Origin: Cetorhinus maximus | Taxonomy: Eukaryota | DNA: 64,000 nt | Direction of reading: 5' to 3' | Assembly (NCBI RefSeq): GCF_964194155.1 | Contig: NC_135902.1 | Location: 48,236,001 to 48,300,000 of the forward strand | Translations under genes and position numbers: made by a program | In this document: positions 34,501 to 42,700 of the stretch, in pieces | Position numbering within the stretch: the stretch's first letter is position 1 | How the letters are laid out: each line of letters begins with the position of its first letter | Notes under the pieces: model-generated | Database searches by the model: none | What the model was told of the DNA's origin: nothing | What the model saw: only the letters and a program-made list of their open reading frames with translations

Positions 34501-36680
34501 GCCTGACGTAGCATTTCGCTGTCAGAGGTGCAGTGATTGACAGTGTGACACAGCCTGACGTAGCACTGCACTGTCAGAGGTGCAGTGATTGACAGTGTGA
34601 CACAGATCGACAGTGTGACACAGCCCTGACGTAGCACTGCACTGTCAGAGGTGCAGTGATTGACAGTGTGACACAGCCTGACGTAGCACTGCACTGTCAG
34701 AGGTGCAGTGATTGACAGTGTGACACAGCCTGACGTAGCACAGCACTGTCAGAGGTGCAGTGATTGACAGTGTGACACAGCCTGACGTAGCACAGCACTG
34801 TCAGAGGTGCAGTGATTGACAGTGTGACACAGATCGACAACGTGACACAGCCTGACGTAGCACTGCACTGTCAGAGGTGCAGTGATTGACAGTGTGACAC
34901 AGCCTGACGTAGCACAGCACTGTCAGAGGTGCAGTGATTGACAGTGTGACACAGCCTGACGTAGCACTGCACTGTCAGAGGTGCAGTGATTGACAGTGTG
35001 ACACAGCCCTGACGTAGCACTGCACTGTCAGAGGTGCAGTGATTGACAGTGTGACACAGCCCTGACGTAGCATTTCACTGTCAAGAGGCGCATTGTACAT
35101 GAATGTAAATGAGATGATGTTGCTGGAGGCGGTGGTGGAAATGTCAAAGCCTTCATTGTAGTAATATCCTTTACTCGGCTTCAAAGATCAGTCCAGGAGG
35201 CAGGCCAAATAACGATCTCCCTTTTCTCGTTTAGCCTAAGATTCTGTCCATACTGACTTCAGCAGAGATCGAAGGATTTAGACACTTTGACAGCACTGAG
35301 ACTGCACTCCATCATCTACATGGTAATGACTTGCTTCCTGATTTTTGGGGTTGTCCTGAGCCCCTCTGCCTGTGGTGATGGGCTGCTTTCTATTGAGACT
35401 CTTGCAATGTGGAGAAACTGGACAAAAGCATGCCCTGTCAGCCCATGTCTGCCTTTTACTCCAGCACATATCTGGCTCATTGAGAGTTTGTCGGTGTGGG
35501 GCTGAGGGGGCAACAGGACTTTTATTTTTGTTTGTCCCCCCACCCCCCCATTTTTTAATATTTGTCCGATTACGTAGTCATACATTTTAACCCGTGACAG
35601 CCTGAGCTTTAATGAGTGAAATTTTATATTTGAAAAATGCTTCTTTGACCAGAAAATGTCATTTATATCTTTGTTTAGAAATTCTTGCCCCTTTTTTTTT
35701 AACCCCTCCCACCCCCACCTGCTTCCTCCCACCATGGTGTCTTGGGATGGGGGACAGCCAGAGGTACCATCCCTCTGGTTCAGTGCCTCCCGTGTACTGA
35801 TCATTCTTTATGCAGGATCCTGGACGTTTTGAGTGTCGGCCTGTGGAGGACCATCAAACCCAATCCTGTCCGTGCCTGGCATCCCCCTCGCTTGCGGTCA
35901 GGGGTGGAGATTTATTTACCTCTCACTTGAGGCCTGTTTATAATTCAGCGCGCGCACCATGGATAGAATCTGGGTTCTTTCTAGTCTGCCTTTTTGTACC
36001 ATGCAGTGTCAGCGCACTCACTTTTGATTCAGAAGGTTGTGGGGCTGACCCTCCATCGAGGGAGCCCTGCATTGTCGGGGGTACCCCTCTTTTGGATGAG
36101 GAGTTAAACCGAGTCTCTCGGGTAAAAGTTCCTTCGAAGGATAGTGGGGAGTTCTTCCTATTGTCATGGTCAGTATTTATCCCTCAATCAACATTACTTG
36201 TTTAAAAAAAATGATCTGCTCATTGCTGTTTGTGGGAGCTTGTTGCACATAAATTGGCTGCCAAATTTCCTACATTATAATAGTTACCCTTAAAGTATTT
36301 CATTTTTGTCCTGACATTGTAAAAGGTGGTATACAAGTTTCTTCCTTCCCTTGCACATGGTGCAGCATACCTACCCAGCCACTGGGGGGAGCTCCCATCT
36401 AAATTTCCTTCCTCCGTGTCCTTCAACGAGCTCTTACCATGTTGTGGGACCGTGTCAAATGGGGACAAAATGATGTAAAATTTATTTTACGCTAATTATT
36501 TGGGAAAACGGCCAAAGCTTCAGAGAGCAGTAAACTGCCAGTCTGGATTCTGGTTACAAACTGAAATGTTTTTGTGTTTCTTTTCCTCTTTTCCCTCTAC
36601 CCTCAGGAGATGACTCCGCACACGACCTGTACGACGATGGGAAACCTCTATTCGGCGGGAACGAGAGATTTTACAGCTAG
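13332..36680 (+). CDS. SLC26A11: SLC26A11 sulfate/anion transporter (SulP + STAS), gene span, ~590 aa
   Basis: 16 GT-AG coding exons join in frame to 1773 nt. Motifs PQALAYAEVAGLP, LGPTAIMS, NQELIAIG, TGSFGRTAVN and STAS IDYT match recalled SLC26A11. Confidence 0.96.
13712..14085 (+). mobile_element. Deu-type SINE
   Basis: gggttcaagtccc B-box and cagtactgagggagtgctgcactgtcggaggtgccg core. Confidence 0.75.
14155..15885 (-). mobile_element. Penelope-like retroelement, 5'-truncated and disrupted (RT C-half + GIY-YIG endonuclease + 3' terminal repeat)
   Basis: ORF pieces AMGTRMGPSYACLF...RYIDDYF (RT), KPTDSHSYLDYSSSHP, and YCIRCSQCGLLYIGETKRRLGDRFAEH...GLN (GIY-YIG); internal stop near 15357 and frameshift near 15135. 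Confidence 0.93.
16063..16255 (+). CDS. SLC26A11: SLC26A11 coding exon 2 (YGLYSSF...GILQLG)
   Basis: ctgcag| acceptor, |gtaag donor, 193 bp. Confidence 0.95.
16500..16910 (+). mobile_element. Deu-type SINE
   Basis: Same head, core and tail as other copies. Confidence 0.68.
17367..17452 (+). CDS. SLC26A11: SLC26A11 coding exon 3 (FLVDFISYPVIKGF...GQVK)
   Basis: cctag| acceptor, |gtgag donor, 86 bp. Confidence 0.95.
17740..18180 (+). mobile_element. Penelope-like 3' fragment of a second family with an inverted copy of its terminal repeat
   Basis: HLHVLEATYINTQGPALCRQ resembles a PLE endonuclease C-terminus; 17745-17836 is an inverted copy of 18060-18150; CCAAT/TATA/CTGATGA tail shared with 12820-13000. 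Confidence 0.65.
18185..18690 (+). mobile_element. LINE 3' fragment (same family as 51243-52690)
   Basis: MEYSPLAWMS...KKLDTVQDNAA; ends aagggcaactagggatgggcaataaatgctggc...atgaatgaataa plus A-tail. Confidence 0.85.
19785..20420 (-). mobile_element. LINE 3' fragment (same family, antisense)
   Basis: Reverse-complement match to 18185-18690. Confidence 0.85.
20884..20963 (+). CDS. SLC26A11: SLC26A11 coding exon 4 (NILGLRDIPRQFF...AETR)
   Basis: ccag| acceptor, |gtaagt donor, 80 bp. Confidence 0.94.
21240..21570 (+). mobile_element. Deu-type SINE
   Basis: gtactgaggaagtgctgcactgttggaggtgctgtc core. Confidence 0.7.
22390..22532 (+). CDS. SLC26A11: SLC26A11 coding exon 5 (IGDLVLGLVC...SFTGT)
   Basis: tacag| acceptor, |gtctgt donor, 143 bp; phases fit both neighbours. 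Confidence 0.92.
23645..23860 (+). mobile_element. CR1-like fragment, upstream half of a copy split by an inversion
   Basis: LGLYSLEFRRMRGDLIEMYKIL...SRTRGHSL; breaks at gatgaggaaaaatt. Confidence 0.85.
23859..25043. repeat. ~190-bp inverted repeat pair (23859-24052 and 24853-25043)
   Basis: ttccaccct...ggaaaagtgaggaaacctcgtgtggttctttcacattcccacggacaggga... is present on both strands; the ORF track shows near-identical RKPRVVLSHSHGQG peptides on + and -. Confidence 0.92.
24602..24852 (-). mobile_element. CR1-like fragment, downstream half of the same copy, inverted
   Basis: The minus strand reads actcagaggatggtcaacctgtggaattctct..., the expected continuation of 23860. Confidence 0.8.
25331..25506 (+). 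CDS. SLC26A11: SLC26A11 coding exon 6 (ARNAVIV...FTEMLQ)
   Basis: ctgcag| acceptor, |gtaagg donor, 176 bp. Confidence 0.95.
26123..26370 (+). mobile_element. Possible solo LTR
   Basis: TGTT...GCA ends, TATATAAA at 26233, AATAAA at 26304, imperfect 4-bp flanks gctg/gcgg. Confidence 0.4.
26441..26513 (+). CDS. SLC26A11: SLC26A11 coding exon 7 (NFGAGLAVVPL...AKAF)
   Basis: ttctag| acceptor, |gtgagt donor, 73 bp. Confidence 0.95.
26615..27030 (-). mobile_element. CR1-like LINE 3' fragment
   Basis: RGRPFRTETRRNFFSQRVVKLWNSLPQ CR1 C-terminal motif. Confidence 0.8.
27090..27460 (-). mobile_element. Penelope-like terminal-repeat/3'UTR fragment
   Basis: aaaactcagcaggtctggcagcatctgtggagagagaaac...gtttcgag is shared with the 14160-14260 end of the PLE; shorter copies at 23090-23195, 42540-42645 and 56325-56460. 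Confidence 0.6.
28021..28071 (+). CDS. SLC26A11: SLC26A11 coding exon 8 (ASQNNYRIDPNQELIAIG)
   Basis: ttgcag| acceptor, |gtaaga donor, 51 bp. Confidence 0.95.
28939..28999 (+). CDS. SLC26A11: SLC26A11 coding exon 9 (STNILGSLLSSYPVTGSFGR)
   Basis: tttcag| acceptor, |gtgagt donor, 61 bp. Confidence 0.95.
29520..29575 (+). CDS. SLC26A11: SLC26A11 coding exon 10 (TAVNSQTGVCSPAGGIATG)
   Basis: ccccag| acceptor, |gtgagt donor, 56 bp. Confidence 0.95.
29736..29876 (+). CDS. SLC26A11: SLC26A11 coding exon 11 (VIVLLSLAF...LWRVK)
   Basis: accag| acceptor, |gtaggt donor, 141 bp. Confidence 0.94.
30010..30440 (+). mobile_element. Deu-type SINE
   Basis: Core plus tataaatgcaagtctt tail. Confidence 0.7.
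30645..30772 (+). CDS. SLC26A11: SLC26A11 coding exon 12 (LDLLPF...ARPEIK)
   Basis: ttccag| acceptor, |gtaata donor, 128 bp. Confidence 0.94.
32315..32414 (+). CDS. SLC26A11: SLC26A11 coding exon 13 (ISDYGTVVVQLQSGLNFPAVE...VFE)
   Basis: tctcag| acceptor, |gtaagt donor, 100 bp; start of the STAS domain. Confidence 0.92.
32935..33320 (+). mobile_element. LINE 3' fragment (same family)
   Basis: ccatctacaagatgcactgcagcaactcaccaagg...aagggcaattagggatggg. Confidence 0.8.
33961..34097 (+). CDS. SLC26A11: SLC26A11 coding exon 14 (AVPPRSVILDC...SIDYT...THFQ)
   Basis: CAGTAG tandem acceptor (start 33961 or 33964), |gtacgt donor. Confidence 0.92.
34487..35085. repeat. 52-bp minisatellite, ~11 copies, with internal hairpin
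   Basis: gcctgacgtagcactgcactgtcagaggtgcagtgattgacagtgtgacaca repeated. Confidence 0.93.
35235..35322 (+). CDS. SLC26A11: SLC26A11 coding exon 15 (PKILSILTSAEIEGFRHFDS...HLH)
   Basis: tttag| acceptor; similar to human PVLRVLLSADLKGFQYFST; donor G|gtaatg inferred. Confidence 0.82.
36000..36350 (+). mobile_element. Deu-type SINE, degenerate
   Basis: tttatccctcaatcaacat...gctgtttgtgggagcttg motif. Confidence 0.6.
36607..36680 (+). CDS. SLC26A11: SLC26A11 probable terminal coding exon (GDDSAHDLYDDGKPLFGGNERFYS*)
   Basis: Long polypyrimidine tract plus cctcag| acceptor, phase 1 matching exon 15, TAG at 36678-36680, AATAAA downstream. Confidence 0.7.
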
Positions 36681-37066
36681 CCGGGATGCACCACGTTTTC
36701 GCCAAGCAAGTGTTGGCCGCTCCACAAACTGTTCAGTCCCATTAACGATTAGTGCAATACGTCAGTGAGCTCTGAGCTGCTTCAGTGGGGCAAGACACAA
36801 TACTGCAACCAGCCCACAGGGAGAGGAGGTCCGTGTGTATCACCCGCATTGATAGAACTGACCCTGAATGGTTTGGGACTCCGTTAAAAAGGACTGGGTA
36901 CATAATCTTGTTGAACATCTTTCAAACCACCGCCCCCCCCCCCACAAATCCTGCTCAGTCTCTTCACTCTGACTTATATTTTTCAAATGTTAACCCACTG
37001 ATTTGTCTGAATCCTTGTGTGTTTTTATATTAGTATAGTATTTAGCACTAATCACCTTAATTAATT

Positions 37067-37072
37067 AATAAA
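37067..37072 (+). terminator. Candidate polyadenylation signal of SLC26A11
   Basis: AATAAA ~390 nt after the stop codon in AT-rich context. Confidence 0.5.
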
Positions 37073-38139
37073 TGAAGAGCCTTTGCCCCATTGTCTGACA
37101 ATGAGAGCCATCAGTTCCTTGCTCTGGGTACAGGCTCTAGAGATCAGAGATTTGATGGAAGGGTTTGCCTTTGGGAGGTTGGGTGAGTGGTGGAACATTG
37201 CAACAAGCAGCCAGTGTCAGACTGGGACAGGAACAGGGACCCATAGATCGGAGATTCCACTCTCTTCAGCCAGAGCAGCTACAGATGTTAATCCTGGTCA
37301 GACAAATCACTTGAGCATAGTGTGTGTTGCTCCAGCCTCTGTCATCTTTCCATACTTGGTAAGAATGCAAGTTTCCTGTGTACTGCAAGATTGCACAGTC
37401 TGCACCCATTGCTACTGAGCATGGCTTTTGTCGTCCATTTTATTCTGATTGTCAAATTGGCAATGACACCTGTACCAGTGCACATTTGCACTCCTGCACT
37501 TTATTTCGCACATTGATTTACCTACACCATTCCCCTCCTAGTCTAGCCATTCTACAGGTTGGTGAGCGGTCAGGGTGCCAGAAATACCAAATCTGACAGT
37601 AGCTGAGGAACAAATTGTTGACCCAAAACATGGTGAGCAAATGAGGGTTCAGCGAAGTTACTTGAGGAATTGTCACTCAGGAAAGGTTAGCACAAACGTT
37701 GGAATTATTAGCTAAGTTCTGTGACAGCTTCACGATCTGGCAGCAGTGACTGCTTTTTACTAGTTTGTCTAAATCAGAGACCATCAGAGCAGCTCAAGGA
37801 TTCTGCACTGTGTAAATATTTAACTTTGTCCTGAAGGAAATTGTAAAGTTTCACTGATTAGGAGAACTTTAGTTCTGTAACTGTTGACGTATTAACAGTC
37901 TAATCGTAAGCCCTTATCCAATCGTAAACCTAGTACACAAGGTGGAAGTTTTTGAAATACTGATCCATTATTTACACAGGGACATTAGCAGCCAGCAGGA
38001 ACTTCTGATCATATCCCACAGGGCTTTTTATTATTGCATGATACTTCTACTAAAAACTATTTACTGAGCAGGATCGGTGTGTAAAGCAGACTCTCCGCCT
38101 CAGTCATTCCAATATTTTATTGCAATTGATTCAACTATT

Positions 38140-38565
38140 TAAAGTACTCCTAGCGTTTCTTGACTCCACGGGGTTAAATTACAAGAAGAGATTACACAAG
38201 CGAGGGTTGCGTTCCCTGGAATTTGGAAGATTAAAGGATTTGATTTGAGTTACATTTTAAGATATTCGGGGGAATAGACTGGGTAAACTTTGTGCTGGTT
38301 GGGGAGTCTAGGATTAGGGGATTATAGTGTAAAGATTAGAGCCAGATGTTTCATGGGTGAAATTGGGGAAACGCTTCTAAACACACAGGGTGGTAGAAGG
38401 TTAGAACTCTTCTGAATGGATTTTGATGCTGGGACAATTAGTGCTAAATCTGAGACTGATAGCTTTCTTCTAACCAAAGGTGTATATGGGGCAAAGGGGT
38501 GAGAGTACATTATCTCACTGAATGGCGCAACAGCTCCGGGTTAAATAGCTTTTTGTTCCTATGTT
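38140..38565 (+). mobile_element. Degenerate CR1-like 3' fragment between the SLC26A11 and ARL16 3' ends
   Basis: ctggaatttggaagattaaagga...ggggagtctaggattagggg...gtggtagaagg. Confidence 0.6.
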
Positions 38566-39540
38566 CTGGTGTGCTTGTGATCAGGATGGTGGATGACTGG
38601 TAAGTCCTTTTTACATTGAAAGTTTTCTGGTAACTGGGCATTACATAGCAGCAGTTTGTGGTTTTAGAAAAGGTACAAGAAAGCTTGGTTTAACTTTAAG
38701 GGATTGAAAGAGGCAGGAGCAGCCTGGGATTCCTTGCTCTGAAGGTGAAGGTACAACTTAATGAAAAGAATCTTGTCCATTTACCAGTCCTCACTGGTGT
38801 CTCTTTGTTGGCACATCCTCTTTCAGAAGAGGACCATTTATCTGCTAATTGTAGTTTATATTGGTTTTAAGTCCAGCTTTGTCCTCTGTCTTTTAATAAA
38901 CGACCAATGGCATCAACCAGTAGTTGATGTCGGCTGAGTTTTGTTTCCATGTGGGATGGGATGACTGGATATGAAAGAACAGCTATTCCTGATTTGGGGC
39001 AGTGTAAAAAGACCAAGCTCCCACCATTATCCTGTAATACAATGTCGCATTGGCTATAATCCCCAGGGACTGAGGCAACATGAAGAAATAGACGAATGTT
39101 ACACTGCAAGTTTTAAATAGATTTTAGTATGAAGAGCTAGAGAAGGTGTTATTTGTGTGGCTGTGGTTTGAGTTGCACAGGGGTGTTGTGTAGTTACCCA
39201 AGCTGTAAATTGGGACCAAATAAATCTAATGTCATTTTTATAATGAAGCTGGAATGGACAATAATTTGATTCTGCTGACACAATTATACTGTTAAATTCA
39301 CCATAACCTCTGTTCTTAATTCAAGTATGGTGAGTTTGAATGATCTGCAGTACAAATCTCTTGCCCTACTCTCGATCGCTGTCCATAATTTACATCTGGA
39401 GTTACAAGGGCAGTGATATTCTCCTTCGTAACAATTGCTTCAAGCCAACCATTGTATCCCACCTGCCTCAATCCATCTCTGGGCTCTCGTGCTCAGACCC
39501 AGTTGGCCAGGATGGAGGGTTCTGTCTGTCTAGTCTGTCT

Positions 39541-39718
39541 TCAAGGTAAGTGTTTGCCCTTGTGATGAGAGTGAAGCCATTTGAAGACCTCGTCCAGTCC
39601 TCTACCATCCCATGCACTAACTTTCAACACGCTGATGTGCTGCTTGGCACAGGCAATGATGTCATCCATCCTGAACAGGCTTTTCATCTCCACAAGGGAC
39701 ATGTAGCAGGAGAGATCA
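39541..39718 (-). CDS. ARL16: ARL16 exon 5 (DLSCYMS...HKGKHLP*)
   Basis: tttcag| acceptor, TGA at 39543-39541. Confidence 0.94.
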
Positions 39719-42700
39719 CTGAAATTAAAAGAAACTTGATTATTCCTATCCATTTAAATATTAATAAGGTGTTGATCCTCACTCAGGAAGCGGTTGTGTT
39801 TGTCTTTAACCACACCTTATCTTTCAACCCAAACTGTTTGTTTTGAGCTTCTACCAAATATTTTACTTTTCAGCCTTTTCATCTGTGTGAGGGATGCTTC
39901 ACAGAATCAGAGTACTTACAGCTCAGAAACAGGCCGTCCAGCCTAGCTGAGCTACTCCTACTCCCCATGAACCTCCTTCCCACCTCTCTACATCTAACCC
40001 GTGTAATGACATCTACTGCACCAGCTGTAAGGTTGGTTAAAGCTCAGGTCAGATGTAGATTAAAGTTCCCTTTCACTCTGCCCAACAATATACCCCTCAC
40101 TCCAAACCTTGGGGTCACAATCCTTATCGTGACATTTCCATATCCATTGTAGTGTGATTCACTGGGACTAACCAGAGTGGGAGCAACTGTGCCCAGAACT
40201 ATCACGAGAAAGGATGGTTTAAAGGAATCAAACCTGTACTATTCCCTAATGGAGAGAAGGGATGGTCATAAAAGCCCTCTATTCTGGACTCAAAGACAGG
40301 CACTGTGAGTACTACATGTTGAGCGCGCACAACCTGAAACAGACTGTGCGGGGTCCATACTTACACCTTGTTGAAGAGAATGAGGATGGAAGTTTGCTGT
40401 AGTTGCTCAGCAGTAAGCACGGAGAGGAGCTGAATGCAGGAGGAGGAAACCTGAGTGGGATTGGCAGCGTCGATCATGAACTAGGAGGAAACATTCACCT
40501 TTTTAGAGGCAGTGTAAAACTCTAGAATCCATGCATCAACTCTAGGGCATGCTGGAGCTGTCTTATCTCATTTGGTGACAGGACTGGCCTGATCTCTGCT
40601 GTGCCTCATGGGGAAATGCCCAAGCACAGGAGAATTGTTTGGGGAATAGGAAACGTGGAGAGTGAGTCAGCTCAGGCTGCACTGTTGAAGCTGTTATACA
40701 GCGGTATTAGCACTCAGCCAGTTCCCTGCCTGCCCTCAGGCAGAGTATGATGAAGGAAACAAATTGCTTTTATTTTAAGGAGGCAGCTATGTTCTGGTTG
40801 TTAAAGAAATAGTGGTACAGTGTTAATGTCATTGTCGGAACCGATCTTAAAACGAAATTAACAGAGTGCAAGAGATTTTTTTCATTGTACTGTGTCTGCT
40901 GGCACTGAAGTAGCTAAACAATGTAAAAGTAGGGCAACAACTTCAGACAAGAATAAACTATTGGTTCATCTTGTCTACATATCTCGTCCTGTTGTGTTTT
41001 CTGGATGTTGCTTCCAGCTAGCTCGTAGCATTCAAATCTGCCAATACTCACTATCACAGCCTCACAGTCTCTGTAGTAACTTGGCCAGATAGGTGCCATG
41101 CAGCCTCCTAATTCTCGAATGGTAATCCTCTTTTTATTAACCATGATATCGGTTAAGTTAGTTCCCACCTGCAGGCAAAGCAGACTGATTAAAAAATACA
41201 ATATCAAACACCCACTGGATATGCTGAGATTATGTTCCAAGACACAGTTGAAAGTGTTAATAATTAACATCACAGTAACGGTTACATAGAATTTCTAACA
41301 CAAACAGACCACTCAGCCAAATTGGTCCAAGCTGGTGTTCATGCTCCACATGAGCCTCCTGCCACCCTGGTTAAAGTGACACTATCCACATCTCCTCCTA
41401 CTCCTGTTCTCATCTTTATCTAGTTTCAATGCAGCAGTGCCACCCACCTGAGTTCGTCCAGATGGTTACACGTTCCACACTCTGGGTTAAATAAGTTTGA
41501 AATGGTATTGGTTAGAATTTGTTTACACTGATCTGGAACTTGTTGCCTATGCGGATGGTGGAAGTGGAGATGATTAATGATCTCAAAAACAAAGTGGATG
41601 GTCATTTGAGTGAAATAAAGTAGCAAAGCTACAGGGGATGGAATGGGGGCATGGGTTCGATGGGCCGAATGGCCTCCTTCAGTGCTGTCAATGCCTATGT
41701 TTGGTTGAATGTTAAACTGGGTGAATAAGTTTTAATATTCTCTGGGCCATTTACATTCTCACTGATTCTTTCTAGATTCTCATTGTAACTTGATCTTTCC
41801 CGAGTTGTTGAGCTCTTTAAGTTCCAGCCCACCTCTTCCAGCACAGGTATGATGTCACCTAATCACCCTATCTTGAGTTACCACAACTCTTTATTCTGCT
41901 GCAGTTCAACAATGCGAGTGGCTTTTCCAATGGCCCTTTTGCCTGCGTTTCCCCGTTTATAACAAGGCAGCATTTGTAATGTATAGATACTAATTGTACT
42001 GAGGTGGCCTCCTCTCTGCTCCTGACACGATGGAGATGATCCAGCAGTCTGCGTGAAAGACAATGGCACTCAGCTGAAGCGACCATGGTGTTGCTGTAAA
42101 GCCACATTGGATAGGGTGAAGGATAGGGACAGGAAGCAGAGGCTCTGTCTTCATGAGTAAGAATCTCGCAGCCTCAACCAACTATTATTTTACACAATGG
42201 ACTGATATTTACTGATATGGTACCAGCCCCAGCTAGAAAGCAGTCCATGCCAGTTCATTAAAAAAGATGAAGAAACTATGGCTGAAGCTGGCTTTCCTTT
42301 ACAAAGATGAAAGATCTACAGGAAAAAGAACAACATTTAAATTGAGTTATTACCCTCTATATAAGTGACAGCTTGCCTCAGAATCGGGTGGTTGTGAGGT
42401 ATTGGCTTCAGCACAAGCTAAGCTGACATGATTTTCGGAGGTGTTGTCTGTCGGACAAGACGTTAAACATAGGTCCTGTACATTCATCAAACACACCAGG
42501 CTGCCTGTCCCAACAATGGACCTAACCGAAACTTGAAGACAGCTCTGAAGAAGGGTCATACGGACTCAAAACGTTAACTCTGTTTTTCTCTCCACAGAGG
42601 TTGTTAGACCTGCTGAGTTTTTCCAGTATTTTCTGTTTTTGTTGTTGAAGAACGTTTCACCTGCTGCACTGTTGTCAACTGAATCCTGTGGCTTCTCCGA

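Noticed and set aside
34487-35085. Hairpin-containing direct repeats superficially like a CRISPR array
   Set aside because: No unique spacers and no cas genes; eukaryotic intron; the unit is SINE-derived.
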